A stretch of 64,000 nucleotides of DNA from Balamuthia mandrillaris (taxonomy: Eukaryota). The position numbers and the translations under genes are program-made. Below, one piece after another: positions 51,341 through 64,000 of the stretch; position 1 is the stretch's first letter, and every line of letters starts with the position of its first letter. The notes beneath the pieces are model-generated. The model was not told the origin of the DNA. It made no database searches and saw only the letters and a program-made list of their open reading frames with translations. The stretch spans positions 62,001 to 126,000 of the forward strand of contig JAVKOQ020000078.1 of assembly GCA_031835245.2 (NCBI GenBank). Reading direction: 5' to 3'.

Positions 51341-52734
51341 ATGAGCTCGTTGCGGCGCTCTGGCTGTGGCTTGTTGTCGGCTTTGCCTGGTCGGGGTGGC
51401 CTTCTTCCGGTGAAGAGAGCTGCGTCGTCGTTGCGGAGCGGTTCTGTTCCTTTGGCCAGTTTCCCCGTACGGCATCTCAAGCCGCAATCCGGCCCCCCCC
51501 TCTCTTCGTATCTTCTGTTTTCACACCTTTGTTTTTGTTTTTGTTGTGCAGCGGTTTCACACCGTTGTAGTCGGTCGTGCCTACTCTTCTTTTCCAGGAG
51601 AACGCATCACAACAATTCCCAACACTGGTACTCCATTACTCCAGTCCATCATCCAACTTCCGACGATTACACTCACTCTTTTTTCTTAAAAAAATGAAGC
51701 GGTTGCTGCTACGATAGAAAATGTGCACAGCGATACACCTTCAGTGTATAGTTTTGTGGTGGACGTTCAAAACCCCCCTATGGCTTTTGGGTGGCTTCCG
51801 GGACAGTGGTTCGACATATTTTTGCCAAAGGACGCCCCTGCTGGGCTGAACAAGAAAACCATGTCGCACCTGCACAAGCGAAAACAAATCACCGGCTACA
51901 CCCTGGGTTTGAGTGCCTGCAGTGCTCCCAACATGGGCATGGATGGCTGTAGAATACAGTTTGCTGCGCAACTATCGCCTCACCCTATTGTTCAGTTGCG
52001 TATCTCGCCTCTCCTCGTCTCGTTTCTCTTTTCTCCTCTTAGTTTGTCTTCTTGTTATCTCTTCTCTTGGTCTTGTTCTGTTTTCTGAAAAACCGTTTTT
52101 ATTTTTGAACAGACACTTGCATAACAAAGCAGAGATTGGTGATATTCTCTACTTGGACGGTGGCCATGGCAGCTTCCACTATCACCTCGCTAAGGACAAG
52201 CGCGACTTCAAATCACTGGTGCTCATCGGGGGCGGCATCGGCATCACCCCACTCATGGGTATCACGAGATATGTCTTCGAGGCCACTCGCAATATGGTCA
52301 CACACGGTTGGCCCATGGCCAAACGTATCCGGGTAAAGATGGTGCACAGTGCCAAACGGCCATCCGAACTGCTCTTTGTGAAGGAGATGAGGAAAATGGC
52401 AGAGGCAGAAGGTGGCATCATCGGATACTACCCCACAGTCACTCGTCTAGGAGAGAATGGAGAAGAAGAGGAAGAAGATGACAGACATAAGGAGAAAGAC
52501 GCCAAGGGACGACCCATTCCTTGGAACGGGCTCAGAGGAAGGGTAGACGAGAAGATGTTGAAAGAGCAGGTGAAAATCTCTCCAGATGATTGGTTCTACC
52601 TGTGCGGCCCTGTTGACATGGTGCAAAGCACCAAAGACCTGCTGGTGCAGCAGTGCAACGTGCCCGAGCACAACATCTTCTACGAGAAGTGGAGCACTGA
52701 AAACGGCGAACTCCCCTCTGATCACTCTGCTTAG
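51341..52734 (+). CDS. FAD/NAD(P)-binding oxidoreductase (FNR family, OXNAD1-like)
   Basis: Motifs WLPGQWFD, LIGGGIGITPL, HSAKRPSELLF, FYLCGP and FYEKW. N-terminus resembles a targeting peptide. Confidence 0.85.
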
Positions 52735-52840
52735 CACAGAAAAAAAAGTTGCATGTTCAAAAACTATTTCCTCTTCTTTGCGGTCAACCCAAAGATCTTT
52801 GTTGCGAGGCCTCGGGAAAGGTGTTGAACTTATGGAGCTA

Positions 52841-52875
<35 letters not shown>

Positions 52876-53274
52876 CACGTGAGTTGTGAGCCCGGCACAC
52901 CATACAATTCAAGCAGCTTCTTCACATCCCCGAAGTTGTTCTCTTTTTTCTTCTTGTTTGACCAAAAGTAATGGTGCAACGAATACGAGCTTATTGTGTC
53001 CTCGCTGCAGGACGGCAATGGCGAGGACAGATTATCAGTTCCGCCAAGACATTTCCAAGCACGATGAAAATGCCTTTTCGCACAACAACAGGGAGAAGAA
53101 AAGAAAGCAAACAGCAGCGCAACACGAGTGCAACCATAACTTCCTCAACCAGAAAGGGCGGCAAAAACGCTTCATAAAAGCGGCGTTGGGGCTTCTTGAC
53201 ACCTTGTAGTCTCGCTCTTGCCCCTGAACTTTGTTCAAAAGAACAGGGGAGAGAAGCAACAAAAAAAAAAAAAA

Positions 53275-55993
53275 ATGGAGCAGGAAGCAGAACTGAGAAA
53301 ACGAACCTCTTCGATAGGCAGCTGGTCCCGCCGAGGAGGACGAAAGAAATACGAGAAATGCGACCAATGCGATAGCAACCCAGGGGAAACAACGGTCGAC
53401 ACGCATGTTGGAGGAACCTCTCGGTCGTCGCGGTTTAGACTATCCGCCATTTTCGGTTCAGGAGGCGGGGACAGCGACAGCGAGGCCGACTCTCCTTCTC
53501 CCTCTTCGACAGCTTCCTCGGTGGGCGTGGACTGTCAACCCTGCAAAGAACTTGAAGAAGACTTGGTTCCTGTGGCAACGGGACCCAACTCTGGCGGCAA
53601 TCCACCACTGCAGAAGGACAACTACGGGGAAGAGAGTAACACTGTTGCCGCTGTTCCTCTGAAAAAGAAAAAGAAGAAGAAAAGGAAAACATCCACCAAC
53701 AACGGCAAAGCGGTGGCGAGCCTGCGCAAAGGTTCACTTCCGGCATTGTCTGAAGACGCACCCACTCAGCGGTTCTCGACTAGCCTCTCCGAGGTGGATC
53801 TTCGGACAAGAACGGGCATCGCGGTAGGCTGTTCTGCCTCCTCTCCGCCCTCCTCCAAAGGGCTCTACACAGGAAGCACAAGCCTCGAAACCATACCCAT
53901 CAAAGACAAGACCACGCAACGGCAGGTGGTTGTTCGCGGGATCGATTGGGACTCGCCATCGGACTCGGGTGGGGAGCCCTCCTCCTCCGAGGTCGAGAGC
54001 GACTCGGCGCTGGTGATGGTGCACCCCCTCTCGCCGCTACCCCCGCCACCTCCACCCCCGCCTCAGCTGCGTCTTGTGCAACAACAGCAAACCCAACTCC
54101 AACAACCGGGCGCCATCAAGCAGCATCAGGAACAGCAGAGGAAGCTCAGAAAGGTCGAGAAACGGCTGCAACAGCGAAACAACAAGCGGAGGCCATCCGC
54201 CGGCCCGCCTCCTGCTTCTGCCTCGGCTGCCAGTGCTGCTGCCGCCGCTGCAACCACAACTACAACGGGAGTGCCATTCGTGGTTCATCTTGCGTTGAGT
54301 TTCTTGGAGAGAGAGGATGTTTGGAGGACCCTCACTGTGGACAGCTGCAAGGAGGAGCTCTTATCGCCCTCCGCCATGGCCAGGTTGGGTGAGCTGAAGG
54401 ACATGCTGCAAAGTGGGTGCTTCCGTTTTTTCTCCTCCCCTTCCCTTCCCTTCCCCAGTTGCTCCAAATTAACCTCTTCCTCCTCCTCCTCCTGGTTCAC
54501 AAAAAACAAATCGGAAGATGACAAAGGCAAAGGCGGTAGAAAGAAGAAAGGGGGAGGAGCCCGTCGAGCTGACATGAAGCGACAAAACAGCAACAGCAAC
54601 AACAAAGAAGAGCTTCCCAGCGCCTTCACCACGTGGTCCTCCACAACGACACCAACCACACCAACATCGCCAACCGCATGGACGGGTCCCTCCGCAGCCT
54701 GCCCTATTTCTCCATCTGCCTCCTCTTCTCGCTCTCCTCCAGAGGCTCTCTCACACAGCAGTTGGCAGTGGGGCAACAGCCAAGCGGACCACTCGGCGGG
54801 CTGCTCGCCGCCCTCTTCGGCCTCTTCCTCGGTTACGACCTCTCCCATTGCCTCGCCGCGACCGCCGAGCAACCTCTTTGCCACCACCTCCTCCGCTCCG
54901 TCCTCTCCTTCCTCTAACTCCTTCCTCAGACTGTCCTCTGATGGGTTGCCTCCTCTTCAGCTGCCTGTTCCGCGGTTCTATGTGCCTTCCTCTGCTTCTC
55001 CTTCTTCGGAGGTGCACGTTGTTGCGAGCGAACAGTTGTTGGTGTCGGAGTGGGGCGTTCCTGCCGTGGTCGCCTTTCTGCGCTTCTACTTTCAACAGGA
55101 GATTGCTTTAGTCCCCGAACGCGTATATAGAAGCCTGTGCGACGCAGTTGGTTTGAGCTCTCTCTCTCTCTCTCTCGTTGTCTCTCTTCTCTCCTCTCTC
55201 TCCATCATTCTTTGCAGTAACATGGACAAACAAAACAACCAGAAATACAATCGCCAAGTGTGAGAGCTAGCGCCATCCACAGCCTTCTTTTCTCACTGCC
55301 TATCCGAAACTGGGAGTTGCTGCATCGCATGCTACACTTGTTATCATGTGTCCATCGTTTTGCAACCGCGAAGAACACATCCGTTAACTTACAACAGCAA
55401 GAACCGAGCAACAACAACACCGCCAACAAGTATAATAACGAAGAAAGTGACCCCACGTTGGATGCACTGCTGGCTGCCTTTGCTGCTTCCTTGTTGTGTG
55501 CATGGCGTCCCAAAGAAGGAGGAGGAACGGTAGTAGGAGGCACACTTGCCAGTCCTTTTTCACCCTCTCTGGGAGGGAGTTGCTCCATCCCAATTCATGA
55601 GAAGGATCCAGCGTCAGTGTTGCGAACGATGGTTCTGGACTTTGACTCCCTGCGAGACGCGACCATGGAGGTTAACTTCACCGTAACAGATGGTGGCAGA
55701 ATGGTTCTTTCCTCCATCAAACTTGATAGACTATTGGAGAAGATGTTGGATGAAAACTTTGTTGGTAAGCAGTCCTCCCCTTCCATTCTTCTTATTCCCA
55801 CGTTTGTATTCCTCCCCTAACTTGTTTCATACAGAACCAGAGTACATTGAGATACTATTTGCAACCTATTCATACTTTACGACCTGTGGAGACTTGCTCA
55901 AAAGCCTTACCACCTTTTACACTTCGAATAACCAGACCTCAAGCTCCTGGCAGCACCAGATTCGTATTCGGTATTGTACTTTCTCCCACCCTT

Positions 55994-56037
<44 letters not shown>

Positions 56038-59000
56038 GGTTTCTGTTCATGGCTCACAACTAAGAGAACTTTTTAAAACACAAGGGTGTTGTCGCTGTTG
56101 TTATGGTGGCTCTCTGAAGAGCAAGCTTACTTAGAACAAGATCCTACGTTTATGAAGAGAGCTAAAAAGTTTGTCAAAGGAATGCCCCCATTCTTAGATG
56201 AAGACTCTAAGGAACAGGAGCTATTCTCACAATTCAAGTTGATGCTTTTTCCTTCAAAGAAAGGACCAAATAACCCTTCGCTTGCTTCACCGCTACCCCA
56301 TTCCCTTTCGTCTACTGCTTTCTCCTTCCCGTCTCCGCCTTTGTACGTTCAAGACCCACAACAAGAAGAAAAGAAGACGAAAAATAAGCATGCGAAGAAC
56401 ACATCACGAAAGGCTAGCTTGGAGACTGCACAGCTTCCTCCTTCTTCTTCCTCTCCGGAGAAGAATCTGGATGTGGGAAGCAGTCGAAGGAGATCCTTGG
56501 GCGAGAAGAAGCCGTCAGGCAAGAAAGGAGAAGAACGAGAAACAGAAAAAGAGGGAGAAGGCGAATATCAACGACAAGGAAAGGCCACCACATCGCCATT
56601 TCCAGGCATTGCTTTGCACAAAGCGGATTCTGTGTTCATCAACAGAGCACAGATGATGAAAGCAGAAAGAAAGAAGAGCCTCGCGAGTAATACATTGCCA
56701 TCACTTCAATCATCGTCTTCAGCCACAACAGAGGACACAGAAAAAGAAGAGGAAGTACAACCAAGCAACCTAGAAGAACCTAAGGAGAAGGCAACCGGAG
56801 GAGAAGGAGAGCCAACACTCAAGAAAAAGAAGAAGAAAAAGAAGAAAAAGAGGAAACAATCCGTTACAGGAAATGAGCACCAAAAAAAGCAGGAATCCAC
56901 TGGTGACCCAAAAGGCGGACCTGCTACGGTGCTGAACGAAAAAACAGCCCAGGAAGAGCACTCCGCAGCCTTGCCACTTGACCTCCCTGGGGAAGCAGTA
57001 CAAAATATCAAAGAAGACGAAGCAAAGAATTCAAAGGAAGAAATAGAGAAGGATGAGTTATTCTCTCCACGGTCTGTGTGGAAAGCGGCTGTTAAGCCTC
57101 CTCCCCATCCTCATCAACCACAAACAAATCAACAAGAGCTACCGCAGCACGCGAGGAAACAAGAGCCCGAACAAGAACAACTACAACAGCAGAGTGCTCC
57201 TAAGATATCAACCAAAGAAATTGCGGGTAATGGAAGCAAAGCGATGAGGGGGGCTGTAGCACGGGCAGAACAACGTGGAGCAGAAGCCGAATCAGTATCA
57301 TCTACAACAAGTGTGGAAGGAGATGTGGGAGCTGCTTTTTCTCGCAAAGGCAAAGGTAGTCTCATAGTGCTGAATCGGGTGAAGATGTGGGAAACGCTTT
57401 CCACTGCAACAGCGCAAGCAATAACCGCACCAACAGCAGGCAGCTCGCCACCTCCCAATCGACCAGTAGCAGTCCGCTTCGGTGCTCTGTTCAACAAGCT
57501 TTCTACCGAACATCCACCACCACATCTTCATATTTCCACTCAAGAAACGACCCACAAGAGCAACAAAAATGAAGCATTCCCTCAAAAAGAGATGGATGCA
57601 CCATCCAAACCACCAACGACCCAAACCATTCCCACCAACAACGCCATTGCTGAAGACCGAACCGTTACAAGCGATAAATTCAATAGTATTAGTCGGGGGA
57701 AGGAACCTCCTTCATCAACACCAGCAGCGCCACTACCCCAACACGAGCAAGTACAACAACGAACAGATAGTTTCTCACAAGCTAACGGTGCCCCTTCTGC
57801 TGCCCTTCCTAGTGCTATCTTGGTCAGCCAAAACAATGACTTACGTACTTCTTCTGCTGTCGACTTACCGGAAGAAAGCAGTAATACAGAAGTACTAGGA
57901 GAAGAGGGTACAGGAGAAAAAGAGGCAGAACGCCAACGACAAGAGGACATTGGAGAAGCAACGGAAAACTTAGAAACAGAAGGAAACAGCGGCGGTGGAC
58001 GTGAGACGACAGAACAACGTACCAACAGTGATCCATCTAAAGTGTTGATGCGTACGAGCACGCTCCGTTTGTTCAATCACATGGCTTTGGGGGTTTCGAG
58101 GACAAACCAACCTACCGAAGAAGAGATTGAAGTATGCCCTGAACCAGAACCGGAACCTGAACAAGAAGAGATAGCAATAGAGCGAGGACAAGAAAGAGAC
58201 CCACAGCATGCTGACGACAATGAACCACTGACCAGAAAACAAAAACGGAAGAGCGCCACTGACAAACTGTACATGCTGATGGCGAAGGGGGTTCGCAGTG
58301 AGCACCAAACCCCTTCATCTTCGTCCGAGACAAACAACTCTTTAGAGGAAGAACAAGACGAACAAGAAACTAGAGTGCGACTAAGGAGCGGATCCTCTCA
58401 ATTCTATTCTTTGTTGGCAACCGGCGTTACCTCGGATGGTGGCTCTGCCTCTGCCTTAAAGAAACGATCGCATCTTGACACAGATGGAGACGAGAAACGA
58501 CAGCAAACGGGTATGTCTGCAGAGATGAGAGAAGCGTTTGTAAGTAAAGAACTGGAAAGCTGGGAAAAGATTCTACAGGAGAAAAACAAGGCCTTTATTC
58601 GAAGCCCAAAAGAAGGAACAAGCCCCAAGAACAAGAACGCTCGTGAGGAGCGCGGAAAGGCAAACAACGCTGATTCCTCGTCTTCGGCAACGGAAGCCGC
58701 TGTATCCGTTCCTTTCATCATCAGCAGCTTACGCGCTGCCATGCAAGTGAAGACTCCCTTCATGTCGTTTGACCCTGCCGCTATATGTAAGGAACTCACT
58801 CGGATCGATGGCCAACACTTTGTGGAAATCAACAGGAAAGAGCTGTTGCATAAACGGTTCATGGTTTCCGAGAGAAGTCCTACCTTCACCGCCATGGTCA
58901 CACGGTTCAATATGGTATTTCTTTCTTAAATCTCTCTTAAATTTTCTTTCTCTCTCTCTGAAAACTAACTTAATGGTGGTAATGATGAAAAATACTTTTA

Positions 59001-59822
59001 GACAGGACTATGGGTTGCTTCCGAGGTATTTAAGTATGACACTGCCGCTGAGAGAGGACAGGTCTTGGCTCACTTCATTAAGATTTGTAGAGTACGTTGT
59101 TATATCCCGGAGCTTTTCTACGCTTAAGCATTTTTTGCTCATCACGCCTGTATTACTTGATGCGCTAGGAATGCAAGAAGATGCGAAACTTCAATTCGTT
59201 GTTCGCGTTGTTGGGAGGACTTAACAACACGGCCATTTCCAGGCTTCGGCTGTCTTGGGAGGTACGTTTTCTTCCAGAACACTCCTTCCGCTTTTCTTGT
59301 TCTCACCATTTATTGTTTCCGCACGAGAAGAAAGTATCAGGGACCCTAATGAAGAAGTATCGTTCGTTAATGAAACTTGCTACGTCTGACAAGAATTATG
59401 CATGCTACCGCCAACTGTTGAACCGATGCAAAGATCCCGTCGTGCCTTACTTGGGTACGTTGTTGTCTTCTTTTTTTTCTTGATGGCGCAAGAGAAAGAG
59501 AAAGAGAGAGCTATTAGCACTAACTGCTGTTTTCTTTACAGCCCTATTCTCAAAGGATTTGTTTACGATAGAAGAAACCCATCCAACTACTACTATTGAC
59601 GGATTGGTTAACTTTGACAAACTTCGGCTGCTATGGAAGATATTGTCCCTTTTCAAACGGTGCCAACAATCGCCATTCTCACTCGATGTGAACCATAGCA
59701 TCCATTCTTACTTGATGAATGATGTGACGGCATGGAGCGAGGCTGAACAGTACCAACTGTCGTACAGCATGGAACCACGTGGCGCTAGAAATACTCCTTT
59801 GAAAGACAATCAGCATATGTAA
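53275..59822 (+). CDS. Large multi-exon RasGEF (REM + CDC25) with N-terminal RhoGAP-like domain
   Basis: RhoGAP-like VPFVVHLALSFL and LPIRNWELLHRMLHLL. REM LFATYSYFTT. CDC25 motifs ICKELT, WVASEV, RNFNSLFA, NYACYR, VVPYL and LVNFDK. Confidence 0.88.
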
Positions 59823-59939
59823 CGCTTCTTCTTACCATCTCTCTCCTGCGTGTAACTAGAAAAAACAAACTTTTATGTTGTAGTGATAAGCAAACAAATA
59901 AATACATGGAAAACAAAGTTTACATTTAACCCAGAGAGT

Positions 59940-62900
59940 TTATATCTCCTCTGCCAAAAGAGTGATGAATTCATCCTGGCCACCAACTCGATCCACAAGC
60001 TCTTGGCTGATGCGAACCTCTTCCTCCTCTTCTCCTGTCAACATAACTTCCACGGTTTGTTCGGTGTCTTCCTGGTCGCTGCTGCCATCATCATCCGCAA
60101 GCAATGCGTTCAAATCGCGATTGTTGCTGCTTGCAAAGTCTCCTTCATCCTCGTCTTCATCCAATTGCCAATCATCTTGCAGTCGTGTAGCTTGTTCTAG
60201 TTGGTGTACTTCTTCTTTGCCTTCCACAGCATCATCATCTTCATCAACATATGTTTCTTTGTGTTCTTGTAGTCCGTAGTAGTCGTCGTCGTCTTCCTCC
60301 TCCTCCTCTTCCTCCTCCTCTCCTTCTTCAGAATAGTCTAATATTGGCATTTGGCGCATCGAAGAAGAACGATAAAACTGTTTTAGGGCTGCACTTCCTT
60401 TTCGTTCCTCTTCTCTGACTTCTTCCAGTTGTTCTGCGTCTCCGCTAGCACCACTCTCATTCGTTGTCTCTGGCGGTTGCATTACATGGTCCTCCAGCTC
60501 TTTTGCTTCAGCCTGCAAAGATTGCTGGCTTGGTGCACGAGCTGTTCGCCTGCCTGCAAAACCAAGAATACTGCGTAAAGAGGACCAACTGAAGAAGCTT
60601 TGTCGTTCCAATCTGTGACTTTCCCGTCGGAAGTCATGTGCTGCTTCCGAAAGCTCCTCTGTCTTGTAAACCGACAGCGATTGCTGCTGCTGAGTGAGTC
60701 GAATCAGGTCACCATATCTCATTGCCTCTTCCTGGGTCAGCGATGTTGCTGATTGGCTTGTGGGCGCCATCCTTTGGTTCCGTTCAGCGAGCGCTGCTTT
60801 TATCTCTTTCCTTTCTTTCTTCTTCTCTTCTTCCTCTTTAATGTTTTTGAGGGGTGCTTGTTTTTGAAGTTGGGGCGGTGAACTAGGCTTCTTGGCGAGT
60901 GTCTGTAGTTTTTCTAACTTCTTTTCTTCGAGAGCGGCTTTGGCGTCTTTTTTATGCTTTAACTTCTTTCTCAGCTTCTTTTTCTTTGCTACTTCCTGCT
61001 CTTTCTCTGACTTTTTCTGTTTATGCTTGTCTTTTTTGCTTTTGCCTTTCTGTTCCTTATGAAGTGTGTACTCTTCATCTTTTGTCGCCTCTCTTTCTGG
61101 AAGTATAACAGCGGAAGGTCCTGCTGCATCCTTGCTTTTGTGTCCCTGTTGCCTACGGTCCTCCTCGTCTGTTGCTGCCGATGTCGTTGCTGTTGATTGT
61201 TGTGTAGGTTGCATTACTCTCTTTCGAATGGCAGTGATGAGAGCCTCTGCCTCCGCATAACTCATTGTCTGCGTATTAGTAAGACCGGCCGCCTCCAACA
61301 ACCTTAGCCACTGGGAAGGGATCTCGCGGTGAGGTTGAGGAAGCTTGGTTGTTACCGTTGTGGCAGCAATGGTAGAAGTCCTTTCCTCGTTTTCTTTTTC
61401 TTTCTGTTTATCTTCTCGTTTGAGAACTACTGCCTCAGGGGAAGGTTGAGGAGGCAAAGCACCACCCACCACCGTCTGTGCTTCCGCTCCATACCGAGGG
61501 AATCCTCTATGCGTGATATTATCCAAAGTGATTGCATCAAACGTATGCGATGATACTGGTGGTGGTGGTGGTGGACCACCGCCAAGAGGAGGAGGAGCAG
61601 CAGCAGGAGGAGGAGCAGCACCGGCACCAGCAGGAGGAGGAGGAGGAGAAGCAGCAGCAGGAGCAGGAGGAGCAGCAGCAAAAAGATGGGATGAAGAAGC
61701 AGTAGTGGTAGTTACAGCCTTGGGAACGGCACTGGTAAGAGGAGCAGAAGGGGGTGGGGCAGCAGCACTTGCTTTTGCTTGGGATGGCGCGCTTTTGTTA
61801 CCGCTCGCACCGCCCCTGCCAGCAGGTGCTCTTCGTTGTCCTCTGTTGGGGGCTTCAGGAACAGAAGATGCTAATGAGGGGTACACTGCTGATGACAACG
61901 ACAATGAGGATGAGGATGATGATGACCGCAGTGCTGACGGTGTGGTCGTTGTTGGAATGGGAATGGTGGCAAGGTTCAATTGGATGGAAAGCAGAAGCGG
62001 ATGAGATGGTTCTAGCTTTCGTTTAAGAACAGAAAAAGCTTGCTCAAAGAGTGGCTTTGCTCTGTAAATATCTCCTTTCTTGTATGTCATCAGGAACGAA
62101 GCGTAGTTGTTAAGCGTGAACCCGAGATCAGTATGCTCTTCTCCCAATGTCTCTTTGAAGATGTCGACCGCTTTGATATAACACTTTTCAGCACATTCCA
62201 AGTAACGTGTAGCTTTATCTTGCGAAGTAGAAGATAACTCTTGATAGACTTGAGCGAGATTTTCTAGAGTGATAGCAAGAAAACTATGTTTTGCGCCGAG
62301 GCTGTCAGCTTTGATTGCTAGCGCTTGTTTGAAGAGTTTCTTAGCTCTGACGAAGTCTCTCTTCTTTGCATATATTTGACCTAAGTTGTCTGTCCTCAAA
62401 GAATAAGAGGAAATGACTTTCAAAATGATAAAAAATAACGAACATACCTAATGCAATGCCAACTTCGGAATGTTTTGACCCTTTTTCATCTCTTAAAATA
62501 CGAAGAGTATTGTTGCAGATGGTCTCGCAACTATTCAAGTCACCAGATGCGAATAACAGCTTAAATCTCGCGTTTTGCGTCTTGGCAGTTTCCCAGTGTT
62601 CACTTCCATAAACTTTTGTTTTGATGGCGAGCACATTTGAGTAAAGCTTTTCTGATTCTTTCAAGTCACCTGTTTAAAAAGGGCCATCAGTACCACATAC
62701 TTAAAAAGCTAGGGGGAGATAAAGAACGAAAGCAAACAAAAAGGGGATAGGCATACACACCAAGCTTGTAGTGTATCTCCGCAAGAAGCTCGAGCGAGGA
62801 AGCAATGGCAGGATCTCCCTCTGACAGTTTCTTCTTTTTAATCCGTAAGGACCTCTCGATACAGGTCTTACTTTGTACCAATTGGTCGTACTTGCTGTAC

Positions 62901-63155
62901 AGATTCGCCATTCGTTCTAACAATCCACTCACCTCCATGTGTTGATTGCCGTAGGCTTTTTGCAACAAAACGAGTGCTCTCTAAAAATGGGGCATTGAAG
63001 AATGAGAGTCGAGAAGAACAGAGAGAAAAAAACATGAAGGTGTACCAAGAACACTCGTTCAGCTTTTTTGGGTTTACCAGCATTTGCATACAAGTCAGCA
63101 AGATTTGCTAGCGTAAATGCCACCTTTGTGAAGCAAGAACAAAAGGTTAGTAATT

Positions 63156-63200
<45 letters not shown>

Positions 63201-64000
63201 AAATAACACAAACCTGAGGATGAGCATTGCCTAATTGCTTCTCCTTTATCCGTAGTTCGTCCCTATAAAACTCCTCTGCCTCTGCAAAGTTACCCTCCGC
63301 AAATAGCGTTTCTGCAAATGGTATGAATGTGATAAACTTGCTGGTAAAGCCGATCTAATTTTGAGAAGAGGAAGATTAGAATGGATAGTACAGCAACTCG
63401 CTAAGAAGACCATTGAGTACAAACCTGATGCAGATCGTTCAACTCAATAGGATACATTTGTTGAAACATCGCAGCGTGTTTATCTTCCATTGCAGAAAGT
63501 CGTTCAGGCTTCAACTCGATTCCACATAAAGCCAACACAAGCTTCAACAAGCACACTTTCGACTCTGTGTCTTCTTTCTCCGGTTCTGATCTAGTTTTGT
63601 TTGCTGTTGTTGCCGGGCAGAACAAACGTTTTCTAAGACCTGGACGAACGTTCCACTCTCCGTTTTCCTGCATTACTGGTTGCATGAGGTTCAAATGATC
63701 CTTTTCGCAAAATACGAATCGTTTGCCAATCATCTTCCGAAGAGCGACGTCCCAAAAGGAATCTACATCCTGCGAAGCTCTACCTAGAAGCAAATTGAGA
63801 TGATCGATGACTAACGGTTGTAGTTGTGTTGACTTTTGCTTGTTCTGTTCTCCTGCGCTCTTAGCGTCGTTTGTAGAACCTGTCCAAGGAATTCCATTAG
63901 ATCCTAGAGAGAGAGAGAGAGAGAGAGAGAGTTACCAGAAGTTTGTTCTCTCATTTTCTCGTTGAGGATGGCACGAAAAGATCTTGCCACCATTTCAATC
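59940..64000 (-). CDS. TPR-repeat protein (kinesin-light-chain/NPHP3-type repeats) with long Pro-rich and charged tail; 5' part lies outside the window
   Basis: Repeats such as AFTLANLADLY, ALAIKTKVYGSEH, AITLENLAQVY and LGEEHTDLGFTLNNYA across several exons. Confidence 0.8.

Noticed and set aside
1..64000. CRISPR arrays, tRNA or rRNA genes
   Set aside because: No repeat-spacer array, tRNA cloverleaf or extended rRNA sequence was noticed by eye. The rRNA-like matches are only short antisense snoRNA guides.

Overview
Gene-dense eukaryotic DNA with many short GT-AG introns, (GA/CT)n microsatellites inside introns and very short intergenic spacers. The gene content suggests a free-living amoebozoan, but that is inference. 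About 22 host genes can be reconstructed, including two kinases, Spo11, a rhomboid protease, COG6, RtcB, a FET-family RNA-binding protein, CNNM, strawberry notch, a Cdc123/R2K ATP-grasp protein, BRF1, a RhoGAP-RasGEF and a partial TPR protein. The main finding is an intronless TnpB-derived Fanzor2-type RNA-guided nuclease ORF at about 16266-17189. It has an intact rearranged RuvC triad and stem-loops over its 3' end that fit an omega-RNA scaffold, but it appears N-terminally shortened. Other findings are two box C/D snoRNAs with 18S rRNA guides in consecutive RtcB introns, a decayed SAM-like plus P-loop (Crinkler-like) gene, and some prokaryote-like genes. Exon boundaries were read by eye and no database searches were run.
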